The position numbers and the translations under genes were made by a program. The notes below the pieces were generated by a model. The model saw nothing but the letters and a program-made list of their open reading frames with translations, was not told the origin of the DNA and searched no databases. A DNA stretch of 64,000 bases from an uncultured Methylomirabilota bacterium. Its GTDB lineage: Bacteria; Methylomirabilota; Methylomirabilia; Methylomirabilales; 2-02-FULL-66-22. Every line of letters starts with the position of its first letter. The stretch's first letter is position 1. Positions 38,752-48,542 of the stretch are shown piece after piece. The DNA is taken from NCBI GenBank assembly GCA_963705305.1, contig OY970067.1:1792001-1856000 (forward strand), written 5' to 3'.

Positions 38752-40409
38752 TGTCAACAAGAATGAGACACTCCGAGTCTCAGTTTAGTGTACAACGGCC
38801 AACCCCAGCTCCGTCGCATTCGCGGGTGCGGAGGGTGAGACCTCCCCATCCAGGGTCCGCCCGGCCAGCGCGCTGCACCACCCCGTCGGGCGCGCCACGC
38901 GCTCGCCGGGCTCCACGGCGCCCAGGGCTTCGTCATGCTCGTCCAGCGTCCGCGGCTTGTTGATCCACACCGCCTGGGGGAGGGCCGGTGGGGTGGGCAG
39001 CCCTCGGACGAACCGCTCCGGGGTGGCTGCGAAGGCCTGCCGCAGGGCTGCCTCCCGCTCGGCGAGGCGCGTCGCGGCCAGGCCGTAATGGACATCGTGC
39101 GGGGTCAGCCAGCCCAAGGCACTGTGATGGTGCATGGTGTTGTACCAGAGGAAGAAGTCGAGCAGGAAGCTCCGCGCGTCCTGGAGCGACCCGAATCGGT
39201 CCGGGAACTCCGGGTGGTACTTCAGGGTTTTGAACTGGCTCTCCGAGAACGGGTTGTCGTTGGAGACGTGCGGCCGATTGTGCGTCTTGCTCACCCCGAG
39301 GTCGGCGAGCAAGAGGGCCACGGACCTGCTGATCATCGCGGAGCCGCGATCCGCGTGGATCGTCAGCTCGCCTTGCGCGATGCCTTGCCGGGCGCAGGTC
39401 TGTTCGATCAGGCGCTGGGCCAAGGTCGCCGACTCCCGGAGCGCCGCCAGCCAGCCCACCACGTACCGGGAGAAGACGTCCAGAATGACGTACAGGTAGA
39501 AGGCGGTCCACTTCGCCGGCCCCTTCAGCGTGGTGATGTCCCAGCTCCAGAGCTGGTTGGGCCCCGTGGCCAACAGTTCCGGCGCCGCGGCCCGGGGATG
39601 CCGCAACTGCCGCCGGCGCTCGTGGACTTGGGCGTTCGCCTTCAGCACCCGGTACATCGTGCGGATCGAGCAGAGATACTTCCCCTCGTCGAGGAGGGTG
39701 GCGTACACCTCGGCTGGCGCCAAGTCGGCAAACCGGTCGTCATTCAGCACAGCCAGGATCTGCTGGCGTTCCTCCGGCGGCAAGGCGCGGGGCGCCCGCC
39801 GGGGTCTTGCCGGACCACGGGGCTTGGGCTGGTGCCAGCGGTAGTACGTGGCCCGCGGGACGGCCAGCGCCTGGCAGACCGGGGCCACGCCCAGGATGAC
39901 GCTGTGTTCCGTGATGAGCGGCATCAGGGCTTCTCGCCGGTTCGTGGGAGCGGGGTCCCCAGGAGCTCCGCCACTTTTTTTTTGGAGTTCCACCAACGCC
40001 TCGGCCCGCTCGGCTCGGGCGGTCTGGCGGCTCACCTCCCGCTCCAGCGTGGCCACCTTGGCGGCCAGGGGGTTCTTGGCCTTCGGGGCCGGTCCCCGCT
40101 GCTTCGGGGTGAGGCCCGCCAGTTCCCCCCGCGCCCGCTGCGCCCGCCAGGTCGTCAAGTGCGAGGAGTACAACCCCTCCCGGCGCAGCAAGGCCCCGAT
40201 CGCCCCGGGCGCCGTGCACGTGTCCGCCTCCCGGAGGATCCTGCGCTTGTACTCAGCCGGGAACCGCCGCCGGCTGGCCTTGGCCACCACCTCGACCTCG
40301 TGCACGCCTGCTCTCGGAACCGCCACATCATTGAAGGCACCCATCGCCCATTTCCTCCCCGCCCTCTACTCTAAACTCCGAAGGGGGGAGTGTCTCATTC
40401 ATATTGGCA
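38752..40409 (-). mobile_element. IS3-family insertion sequence
   Basis: Imperfect TIRs TGTCAACAAGAATGAGACACTCC / TGCCAATATGAATGAGACACTCC; no clear TSD. Confidence 0.88.
38785..40344 (-). CDS. IS3 transposase, OrfA and OrfB fused in frame
   Basis: RRRFPAEYK, LLRREGLYSS, WSWDIT, HADRGS, DNPFSESQFKTLKY; A9 at the frameshift site. Confidence 0.9.
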   Translation of the reverse strand: MGAFNDVAVPRAGVHEVEVVAKASRRRFPAEYKRRILREADTCTAPGAIGALLRREGLYSSHLTTWRAQRARGELAGLTPKQRGPAPKAKNPLAAKVATLEREVSRQTARAERAEALVELQKKSGGAPGDPAPTNRREALMPLITEHSVILGVAPVCQALAVPRATYYRWHQPKPRGPARPRRAPRALPPEERQQILAVLNDDRFADLAPAEVYATLLDEGKYLCSIRTMYRVLKANAQVHERRRQLRHPRAAAPELLATGPNQLWSWDITTLKGPAKWTAFYLYVILDVFSRYVVGWLAALRESATLAQRLIEQTCARQGIAQGELTIHADRGSAMISRSVALLLADLGVSKTHNRPHVSNDNPFSESQFKTLKYHPEFPDRFGSLQDARSFLLDFFLWYNTMHHHSALGWLTPHDVHYGLAATRLAEREAALRQAFAATPERFVRGLPTPPALPQAVWINKPRTLDEHDEALGAVEPGERVARPTGWCSALAGRTLDGEVSPSAPANATELGLAVVH

Positions 40410-40554
40410 CAGAGGGTGCGCCTTGATCGGCCCTTAGGGCTGTGCGGATATGGCCGTAGTGTTGTCTCTCCTCACCTCTCAAGAAGTGACGCTCTTTCCT
40501 TCCAGTGCCCAGATCCGCCCTTTGCGGGGAGCCGTGCGGGACCCGAACTCTGCA

Positions 40555-40686
40555 CCCCCGCCAGCTAATCGTATCGTGCCCGCCAGGACGGGCCCTGCAC
40601 CTCCCGCTTGCTGCCAGCCCCGCAGCCATGAATGCGGGCGCGACTCGGGTGGGCTATTGGCCTGCGAGGTTAGTCGGAGATTAAGG
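40555..40686 (-). mobile_element. Diverged copy of the IS1380-related MITE
   Basis: Reverse complement begins CCTTAATCTCCGACTAACCTCGCAGG and aligns with 46744 onward for about 80 bp; far end degenerate and approximate. Confidence 0.65.
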
Positions 40687-40933
40687 CTCAGTCTTTCCCC
40701 TTGACACGCCCGACCCGTGAGGCGTAGTTTGATTTATGAGCCTCCCGGCTTCACCCTCGCTTTGCGGGAGCGCTCGCCCACACCGTTGCTTAACCGCGTA
40801 GAATGGGCCACACGGCTGGCCCTGAGTGGTTTTCACCAATTCCAGTCACCCGTCAGAGCTACCAGGGCATCCGTCTAGTTTCCCGCCGAGCCGAGAGAAC
40901 TAGTCTCCGCTTGAGACATGAGGGTGTCGCACC

Positions 40934-42598
40934 ATGGCCTACTATATCGAATTGAGACATGTCGGGTTGGGCAGGTATCGCCGTATCACTGGACCTGATC
41001 GGCTTACGGCTGAGTCGAGGGCTCAAATCATACAGGCTGCGTGGGACCGTCAATGGCAACGAGTCCTTGACGCAGACGAGAAGCACGAGGCTCGGGAGCG
41101 GGCGGTACAGGACCGTCAGGACAAGAAAGAGCTTGCGGCAGAGAGGACGGAAGAGGCGCGGGAGGTTCTGAGGGAGGTGGAGGAAATCCTCACCCACGCC
41201 TTGACGGTGGATGATCGCATCAACTGGGAGGCCATAAAGGACCGGGCGAAGTTCTCGAAAGCCAAGCCCAATCCCCCCGCCTCTCTCCCAGTTCCAACGG
41301 AACCCCAGCGGGAAGACGCACAGTTTCAACCTGACCTCTCCATTCTTGATAAGCTTCTGCCGTCCCATCGCGCCCGCAAGGAGCAAGAGGCCAGGAAGGC
41401 CTTCTTTGAGACCCAACATGCATGGAAGAAAGAGCTGGCAAGGGTCACACAAGAGAACGCAAAGGCAAAGGAAGCTTTTGAGCGGGCAAGCATAGAATGG
41501 GAGAAAGAGCGAGACGCCTTCACGGCAGCGCAAGCGAAACAGCATGAGCAGACCGACGCGCACCGCAAGGCCTACGAGAGTGGCGACCCGAGGGCCATTC
41601 AGGACTATTGCGAGTTGGTCCTCTCACGCTCACAATATCCAGACTGGATCACCCCCGCCGTCGAGGCAGAGTACAATTCAAACACCAAGACCTTGATCGT
41701 TGATTACGAGCTTCCAAGCATTGAGTCCCTGCCTCGGTTGAAGGAGGTGCGCTACATACAGAGTCGGGATGAGATCGAAGAAGTGCAGATTCCCGAGAGT
41801 ACAGCGACGAAGCTTTACGATAGCCTCATCTACCAGATAACTCTCCGCTCTGTCCATGAACTCTTTGAGGCAGACACGATAGGGGCGCTTGATTCGATTG
41901 CGTTCAATGGCTTTGTGGACTCCATTGACAAGGGGACAGGCCAGAACATCCGCCCGTGCATCCTCTCCCTCCATGTGCAGAAGTCGGAGTTCCTCAACGT
42001 CACCCTAAGCCAGGTTGAGCCCAAGGCGTGCTTCAAGAATATGAAAGGGGTGGGCAGCTCGAAGCTTCACAGCTTGACGCCTATCGCCCCCATTCTCCAG
42101 ATGGACCGCACAGACAAGCGTTTCGTTGAGGCGCGCTCCGTTGAGGGCACCCTGGACGAGGCCACAAATCTAGCCGCGATAGATTGGGAGGACTTTGAGC
42201 ATCTCATCCGGGAACTGTTCGAGGAGGAGTTCACCAGCTCCGGCGGAGAAGTGAAGATCACACAAGCCAGCAGAGACGGAGGAGTTGACGCGGTGGCGTT
42301 CGATCCCGACCCGATCCGTGGGGGCAAGATCGTCATTCAGGCCAAGCGCTACACCAACACCGTTGGCGTCTCAGCCGTGCGGGACCTGTACGGAACCGTG
42401 ATGAATGAGGGGGCCACAAAAGGCATTCTCGTTACCACGTCCGATTATGGCCCGGATGCGTATTCTTTCGCCAAAGGGAAACCCCTCACACTTCTCAACG
42501 GAGCCAATCTTCTCCACCTTCTGGAGAAGCACGGACACCGTGCGCGTATTGACCTTCAGGAGGCCAAGAAGTCCGGCCATCCCACATCACCAGATTGA
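40934..42598 (+). CDS. Mrr-family restriction endonuclease with long coiled-coil N-terminus
   Basis: WEDFEHLIRELF, SRDGGVDA, IQAKRY, VGVSAVRDLYG, KGILVTTS. Confidence 0.9.
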   Translation: MAYYIELRHVGLGRYRRITGPDRLTAESRAQIIQAAWDRQWQRVLDADEKHEARERAVQDRQDKKELAAERTEEAREVLREVEEILTHALTVDDRINWEAIKDRAKFSKAKPNPPASLPVPTEPQREDAQFQPDLSILDKLLPSHRARKEQEARKAFFETQHAWKKELARVTQENAKAKEAFERASIEWEKERDAFTAAQAKQHEQTDAHRKAYESGDPRAIQDYCELVLSRSQYPDWITPAVEAEYNSNTKTLIVDYELPSIESLPRLKEVRYIQSRDEIEEVQIPESTATKLYDSLIYQITLRSVHELFEADTIGALDSIAFNGFVDSIDKGTGQNIRPCILSLHVQKSEFLNVTLSQVEPKACFKNMKGVGSSKLHSLTPIAPILQMDRTDKRFVEARSVEGTLDEATNLAAIDWEDFEHLIRELFEEEFTSSGGEVKITQASRDGGVDAVAFDPDPIRGGKIVIQAKRYTNTVGVSAVRDLYGTVMNEGATKGILVTTSDYGPDAYSFAKGKPLTLLNGANLLHLLEKHGHRARIDLQEAKKSGHPTSPD

Positions 42599-43088
42599 GA
42601 TCTACTCCATCCAACGCCCGGATTCGTCCTTGATGGGGAGCCGGGCAGGACTCGAACTCGGGTCTTGGGCAATACCCCCTTGCTGACCTCTGCCAAAAGG
42701 TCTCGAACTTCAGATCTTCCCAGCTTCTTGGCCGGAGTGTCAAAATCACCTGATTGTGCCCTTGGCTTTCTCCCCCCTGTGCCGGTCGTTCTTGACATCA
42801 CCGACGGGCAAGCGGTAGCGTTCCCCCAATCTCCCCTACGGTCAGCATGAACTTCCCGCGTAGGCGCACGCTGCAACTCTTGGATCGACTGCGGCGGACC
42901 AGATTCACAAGGGGGAGGATAGGGAGACTTGATGGGGTGTGGATACAATTGGAGGGTCCTCGGGCCCTACCGTTCAACAGCTGCGGGGCGAAGGCTCCAC
43001 TGCTTGCCCCCTCAGATCGGCAAAGAGGATCCTGCTGAGGTCAGCGCCAGGCTCAACCGTATCATCAAGACGGTGGAGGAGTGGGCTG

Positions 43089-44243
43089 ATGCCTGACAGT
43101 TACGGTTCCACGCTCTATCCAAAGGAGTTCGTGGAGAGGTTGCCGAGGCTGAGGCAGCACGAGACGCGGCCATTACTGATGCTCCTCCGCGGCCAACACG
43201 AGAACGCGGCCGGGGAGATCGAGCGCATTGAGCGGTGGTTCCGAGAACTCGACGGTCCGGCAGATCGGAAGGCCGTGCTTGCCGGGAACCTGCGGGGTCT
43301 GAGGGCGATCCAGTTCTGGAGCGGGCTCTACGAGTTGTTGACCTCTCGGATCTTCGTCGAACGGGGATGGAGGGCGCGCTACGAGGTGCCGATCGCGGGT
43401 CTCACGCCGGACTTCACCGTCCCCTACACTGGCGGCGACCACTTCGTTGCCGAAGTGCTGACCGCATTCGAGGAGCGGGAGTATAGCCGTGAGGACGACG
43501 ATCTGCACTATGTGGCCAATGCCCTCGACACGATTCGCCGCCGAACCGGCGTCTTTATCGAAGAAGTCCACTTGCCCAAGACTCGGCCCAGTCTGAAGCG
43601 CTTGCGACAGAGTGTAGCCGCTTGGTTGGACACGTGCCCCGCCGATGGAGCCAGGCTCTCCTTGTCTGACGACCAGGTCGGGCTCTCGATAGTGCTGTCG
43701 TCAGTCAGCACGCGATCGGAGGACTCGCCGATCGTCGAGGGAATCGTCGGGCCAGGTGGCAAGATTTCGACTTACGCCACGATCCGAGACGCACTGCGCG
43801 GCAAGTCGGCGAAGTACGGTTCGGTCAAGGCAACCGGAGTACCCCTGGTGATTTTCGTCTGGGAGGGCGCCTGGACGCACGTTACCCACACCTCGCTAGA
43901 GTGGGCGCTGTGGGGCCGAGATCGCCTCAGATTCTCTCGGACGCCAAAGGGGATTGGTGACGCCGTGTGGGATCGGGAACCCGGCGGACTCTTCGGCTTC
44001 GGCCCGAATGGCAAGAGTGATCCTCAGCACACGAGAATCAGTGCCGTAATGTATTGCGTGAGGGTGTGCAATAAGGGGAATATCTCTGCTGGACTTCGGC
44101 TGTACCATCACCCACACGCGGCCAATCCTTTGCCCCTCAAGGTCTTCGAAGGGATAGCGCAATGCGTTCCCGTCGAGGTCACGCCGAACCGTGTGTCGGC
44201 TCAGTGGGATCGGCAGCCCGGAACCAGCATGTTGCTGCGGTAG
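43089..44243 (+). CDS. Hypothetical PD-(D/E)XK-like protein
   Basis: GGAGGAG RBS; YELL..RYE..TPDF..AEV; later K..KY and HHPHA. Confidence 0.55.
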   Translation: MPDSYGSTLYPKEFVERLPRLRQHETRPLLMLLRGQHENAAGEIERIERWFRELDGPADRKAVLAGNLRGLRAIQFWSGLYELLTSRIFVERGWRARYEVPIAGLTPDFTVPYTGGDHFVAEVLTAFEEREYSREDDDLHYVANALDTIRRRTGVFIEEVHLPKTRPSLKRLRQSVAAWLDTCPADGARLSLSDDQVGLSIVLSSVSTRSEDSPIVEGIVGPGGKISTYATIRDALRGKSAKYGSVKATGVPLVIFVWEGAWTHVTHTSLEWALWGRDRLRFSRTPKGIGDAVWDREPGGLFGFGPNGKSDPQHTRISAVMYCVRVCNKGNISAGLRLYHHPHAANPLPLKVFEGIAQCVPVEVTPNRVSAQWDRQPGTSMLLR

Positions 44244-44405
44244 TGGGCATCGGTGGTATCGACTCGTCGGAGGTGGGCTAGCTCCTCGCTGAACCGCTGG
44301 TGAGGGCGTCAGGTAACAAGCAAACGCCAACGCGAGCACAGACGCCAAGTCCTGCCCCGAGTTTGAAAGTGGCTAACTGCGAAGCAGCTGGGAGGAGCGC
44401 GTGCG

Positions 44406-45095
44406 ATGAGTGAGGAACACACGGCAGATCAAGTGAAGGCAGAGCACTTGAGCCAACTTGGATTGAGGCTCGGCCCAGTCTTCTCTGAGCTGCAGAGCGA
44501 TGTCGCGTGGCTACAGGTGAAGTGGACCGAGTATCGGGAACTGTACGGAACCTCTCCTGAACGTGTGGGCCTTCTTAACGAGGCCGCCGGTCTCTTCTTC
44601 AAAATCCTCCAGAACACTCTATGGGAGGACGCACTCTTGCATCTGTGCCGCCTCACCGATCCATCAGTGATGAGGGGCAGGCAAAACCTGTCCATCCAGG
44701 CACTACCGGAACTGTGTGAGGATCCCAATCTGCGAGGTGAGGTCGCGGAACTCGTGTCCCGGGCGCTGACAGCGTGTTCCTTTGCGCGGGACTGGCGAAA
44801 TCGACACATCGGCCACAGGGATCGCACCCTAGCTCTCCAGCCCACCAGCAAGCCGTTGACCCCTGGAAGCAGAGCCGATGTATCGGCTGCCATTGCCTCT
44901 GTTCATGAAGTGCTGAACCACATCAGCGAGCGGCTATTGGGTTCGAAATTGGCCGACACGGTCATTGTCCCACCGACTGGTGCTCTCGCTCTGCTTTACC
45001 TGCTCCGTGACGGGCGCGAAGCACAAGCCGCAAAGAAAGAGCGAATCCGTTCCGGGCGGTACTCCGCAGAGGACCTTCAAGATCGCCCGATCTGA
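44406..45095 (+). CDS. AbiU2-like HEPN protein
   Basis: LLHLCRLTDP, NLSI, WRNRHIGHRD. Confidence 0.65.
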   Translation: MSEEHTADQVKAEHLSQLGLRLGPVFSELQSDVAWLQVKWTEYRELYGTSPERVGLLNEAAGLFFKILQNTLWEDALLHLCRLTDPSVMRGRQNLSIQALPELCEDPNLRGEVAELVSRALTACSFARDWRNRHIGHRDRTLALQPTSKPLTPGSRADVSAAIASVHEVLNHISERLLGSKLADTVIVPPTGALALLYLLRDGREAQAAKKERIRSGRYSAEDLQDRPI

Positions 45096-45113
45096 GGTGC
45101 TGCCCGATTCTTC

Positions 45114-45142
45114 TTGACGGTGGGAATAAGCGCGACTATATT
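45114..45142 (+). promoter_or_regulatory. Putative sigma70 promoter
   Basis: TTGACG-N17-TATATT. Confidence 0.6.
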
Positions 45143-45164
45143 ATTTGCGATCGCCCATGGAATC

Positions 45165-45836
45165 ATGGATGTTCATATGCTCACGCGAACAGAAGTGCTG
45201 ACCCTGACTGGGCTGACCGGAAAGGCGCTGTCCTGGTACCGGGAGCTGGGGCTGATCCCCAAACCTGTCATCATCCGCCGAGGACGCGGAACGCAAGTCC
45301 TATTCCCCCCAGAGGTGGTTCGCGTGATCAGTGGCGTCCAGGGACTCCAGAAGCTCGGCTATTCTCTGCGCGCGATCCGCGACCGGTTCCAGGACCCCGA
45401 TGTCTATGCCCGGGTACTGGAGCCTACCCCCGAGGAAAAGGCGAGGGCGATCAGCCCGGTATTGGTCCCGGAGAATGAAAGCGCCGGGGAGGGCAGGGTA
45501 GTGCCGGTCAGTGGGATCGAGGTGGAGGTCAAGCGCGGCGAACGGGCATGGGGCCTGGACCGCCTGTACGAGGCTGTCGAGCGCGAGATCGGCAAAGCCA
45601 GCCAGGTCCACGTCGTTCTCCGCCGAGAAGGTGCGCGGGTATTTGCGAAGGTGACGGCCGTCCGCGGGGTAGCGCGCCAGCCACTCACCCGTCCCGCGCC
45701 CCGGCGAGTCGGTACCCCACGAACCATTCGCCGAACCAAAGCCGCCCACCGAGCGCGCGAGGATACGTCTTCGGAGGGTGAGGACCTGCCTGCGGTGATC
45801 CCTCCGAATTCCAGCCGCGCCCCGACCTCCACGTGA
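45165..45836 (+). CDS. MerR-like HTH protein (excisionase/RDF or regulator candidate)
   Basis: LTRTEVLTLTGLTGKALSWYRELGLIPKP..LGYSLRAIR. Confidence 0.65.
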   Translation: MDVHMLTRTEVLTLTGLTGKALSWYRELGLIPKPVIIRRGRGTQVLFPPEVVRVISGVQGLQKLGYSLRAIRDRFQDPDVYARVLEPTPEEKARAISPVLVPENESAGEGRVVPVSGIEVEVKRGERAWGLDRLYEAVEREIGKASQVHVVLRREGARVFAKVTAVRGVARQPLTRPAPRRVGTPRTIRRTKAAHRAREDTSSEGEDLPAVIPPNSSRAPTST

Positions 45837-45856
45837 GTGTCGGGGCGTTCTTTTTT
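45818..45856 (+). terminator. Intrinsic terminator-like hairpin
   Basis: CGCCCCGAC..GTCGGGGCG followed by TTCTTTTTT. Confidence 0.6.
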
Positions 45857-45892
45857 CACAGGAGCGCAGAGGCTCCAGCGCCCTAACGCGGG

Positions 45893-46135
45893 ATGCAGAT
45901 GAACTCCCGAGGAGACTTCGCCACCAGCGACATTCACCTCGCCAGCTACCTGCTCGCCACCGATCACCCGCTGCGCCAGCTCGACGGTGGCCCCGGCCAT
46001 CGTGTCTTCATCTTCGGCGACGTTGCGGCCGATGAGGTGACCGCCTTCTACGCGGGGGTCAAGGTGGACGCGCGGAAGCTGCTCGGGGCGATGCGGGACC
46101 TGAAAGGCCTCCTCGCCCAAGGGCTACGGCGATGA
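45893..46135 (+). CDS. DUF5659-like small phage/ICE protein
   Basis: FATSDIHLASYLLA motif; stop overlaps the next start. Confidence 0.55.
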   Translation: MQMNSRGDFATSDIHLASYLLATDHPLRQLDGGPGHRVFIFGDVAADEVTAFYAGVKVDARKLLGAMRDLKGLLAQGLRR

Positions 46136-47918
46136 CGAGCCGGCCGTCGCAGGCCTCGAAGCCCGTCTGGCACAACCTTGAGGCGGAAGTCGGGGTCCTA
46201 GGGGCCTGCCTGCAGGATGACGAGGCGGCGCGGCAAGCGACTGCCATGCTCTCCCCATCGGACTTATACCGAGATATCCACGGGGAGATCTTTGGGGTGA
46301 TCCAATCCCTCGTCGCGCGAGAGTCCATCGTAAACCTCGTCACCGTCGGCGAGGATCTGGAACGGCGCGGCCGCCTCCAGGCCGTCGGTGGCTCCGCCTA
46401 CCTGGCCGGATTGGTGGACGCGGTCCCGACCTCAGCCCCCCTGGTTCATTACGTTCGCATCGTGCGACGGTACGCGCTCCTGCGGAAATTCTACCAGGTC
46501 TGCCGGGAGGCCGCGAGTGAGGCCCGAACGGGTGCGGATCCTGCTGAAGTGCTCGTGAAACATCTGAGGGTCTTGGAGGAGCTTCGGGCCTCCGTCACCC
46601 CCGAGCCCGAGAGAGATTTGACAATAGGCGCAGATGCGTTCCTCACACCGCCTCCGGAGCTGCCGTGGGACATCGAAAAGGTTCGAGTCCATGACGACCA
46701 CGGCTGGACTGGCGGGGCCCCGAAGTCAATGAAAGGCCTGCTCCCTTAATCTCCGGATAACGTCGCAGGGCAGTAGCGCACCCGTGTGGCGCCCGCAATC
46801 ATGGCCGCGGGGCTGGCTGCCCGCATCGGACCTGGCTGCACCCGATGGGTGGCGCCCCGCAGAGGCGATGGGCACGTTAGCCGGAGATTTGGGTGCTCAG
46901 CCTGGAGGAGGCGCGGGCGTGTGCGACCGGGACGCTTTTCCTCGGGCACTTTCCCACGCAGAAACAGCGGGTCCTGTATGTCAGCGAGGAGGACCGCCAG
47001 GACCGCCTTCACCGTCGGTACCACGCAGCCGTGAAAGGCCGCCCGCCAGACGAGGTGCCCGGGCCAGAGGCCCTGCGCTTCCTCATCAAGGCGGGGGTGA
47101 GACTGGACCTGGAGTCCGGCCGGCAGCTCCTGCGCCGCCACATCGAACTCCACCGGCCGGACGTGGTCTTTCTGGAGCATTTCGATCGCTTGCACGCGGT
47201 GAACCCGAACAAACCCGAGGAGATCAAGCCGCTGCTGAACTTTCTCGACGATCTGCACCGTGAGTTCGGCTGCGTGTTCCGGGTGCAAAAGCACAACCGC
47301 AAGGAGGCGGCCGGACAGAGCCGGCGGAAGGGCGAAATGCTCGCCGGGACCATCGCACAGCACGGGTGGGGGGAGTCGTCGATTTACCTGACCCTGGTGC
47401 GGCGTGGGATCGCCCTTGTCGAGGTGGAGGCCAAAGACGGAGACACCGCTGCGCGGTTTCGCGTGCAGTATCAGGATGGTCGCATGGTCTATGGCGGAGA
47501 AGCGAACAGCGGGGATCGCATGGGGAGGTCCGGGGCGAATCAGGGACGGGTGCTGCGGGCTGTGGCTGACCAGCCTGGAGCCTCTGTTGAGGAACTCGCA
47601 AAGGCGGTGGACATGAGCGACAAGACGATCCGTCGGCACCTAAAGCGGCTCGAAGAGGCGGGCGAAGTGGTTGGACACCAGGAGAGTTCCAAGCAGCCGC
47701 GCCGTTACTGGCCGAACTCCGCAGAGGCACAGGAGAATATGCTTGGACAGCAGCCGGATTGTCCAAGCGACCGAACAGATGCCCAGCTTGAGGGCAGGTG
47801 GGTGGACACGCATGGAAGCACCCCTGAAGGGTGTTCCATGCGTCTGTCCAACCTCCCAGGACGAGGTCATGGGGGCCAGAGCGGCGGCGAGGTCGCGTCT
47901 CGCCAGCATGAGAGCTGA
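46132..47918 (+). pseudogene. DnaB-N + AAA_25/RepA-like helicase + HTH, broken by a MITE
   Basis: HNLEAEVGVLGA..GGSAYLAGL; Walker A region GAPKSMK; removing 46744-46898 restores KGLL-SLEE in frame. Confidence 0.85.
46744..46893 (+). mobile_element. 150-bp MITE with IS1380-type ends
   Basis: Ends CCTTAATCTCCGGATAAC / GTTAGCCGGAGATTTGGG; 5-bp TSD TGCTC at 46739-46743 and 46894-46898. Confidence 0.9.
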
Positions 47919-48298
47919 GGTTCTAGCGTGGCCCGCTGTACCCAGCCGTTCCGAATGGTACGAGGCCCAGGATGCTAGGGGGACGGAACAGACAAGAAAG
48001 TGGGGCCGCGCGGCAGGTGCGGCGGAGGCAGATCCCTCCCGCCGATGCCTCCATCCCTCCCGTCCTCGATGACTTCCTGCGTGTAGTCGGCCGGCTCGCG
48101 GGGGAGGCCGTCCTCCGCAAGTACCGAACGGCGGGCGGGCGGTCCGAGCAGGATAGGCAGAGGAGCCCGAAGGGGGACTGCATCCGGGCATCGACTCAGG
48201 AAGGGAACCAGCTCGACCCTCCCATGCCCTCCAGGTCGGCAAATGATTGATTGCCTAGATCCAGATTTTTCGAAATCATTACCAGGGGGCTTGATGGA

Positions 48299-48316
48299 TT
48301 ATTACTTAAGTAATAA
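48299..48316. promoter_or_regulatory. Perfect 18-bp palindromic operator candidate
   Basis: TTATTACTTAAGTAATAA upstream of the RHH-LSR pair. Confidence 0.6.
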
Positions 48317-48340
48317 CTTGTTGATGGAGGTAATATCACC

Positions 48341-48502
48341 ATGGCCATGAAACGGACGTCGCTCCATCTGGATGACCGGGACTTGCGGGCCCTGGACCGG
48401 ATCGCCGAGGCGGAGACCAAGGCGACGGGGATCCGGGTGTCCGCGTCCGGGATCGTCCGGCGGCTCATCAAACAATTCCTCCGCGCGCAGGGCCCGCGGT
48501 AG
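48341..48502 (+). CDS. RHH/CopG microprotein (53 aa), not in the ORF track
   Basis: GGAGG RBS; MAMKRTSLHLDDRDLRALDRIAEAETKATGIRVSASGIVRRLIKQFLRAQGPR. Confidence 0.75.
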   Translation: MAMKRTSLHLDDRDLRALDRIAEAETKATGIRVSASGIVRRLIKQFLRAQGPR

Positions 48503-48542
48503 CGCGGGGCGCGAAGGAGATCTGGTCTCTCGGGAGGTAGGC

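Noticed and set aside
42608..42670. attC-like hairpin after the Mrr gene (ATCCAAC...CTTGGGC)
   Set aside because: Lacks the GTT core and the arms pair poorly
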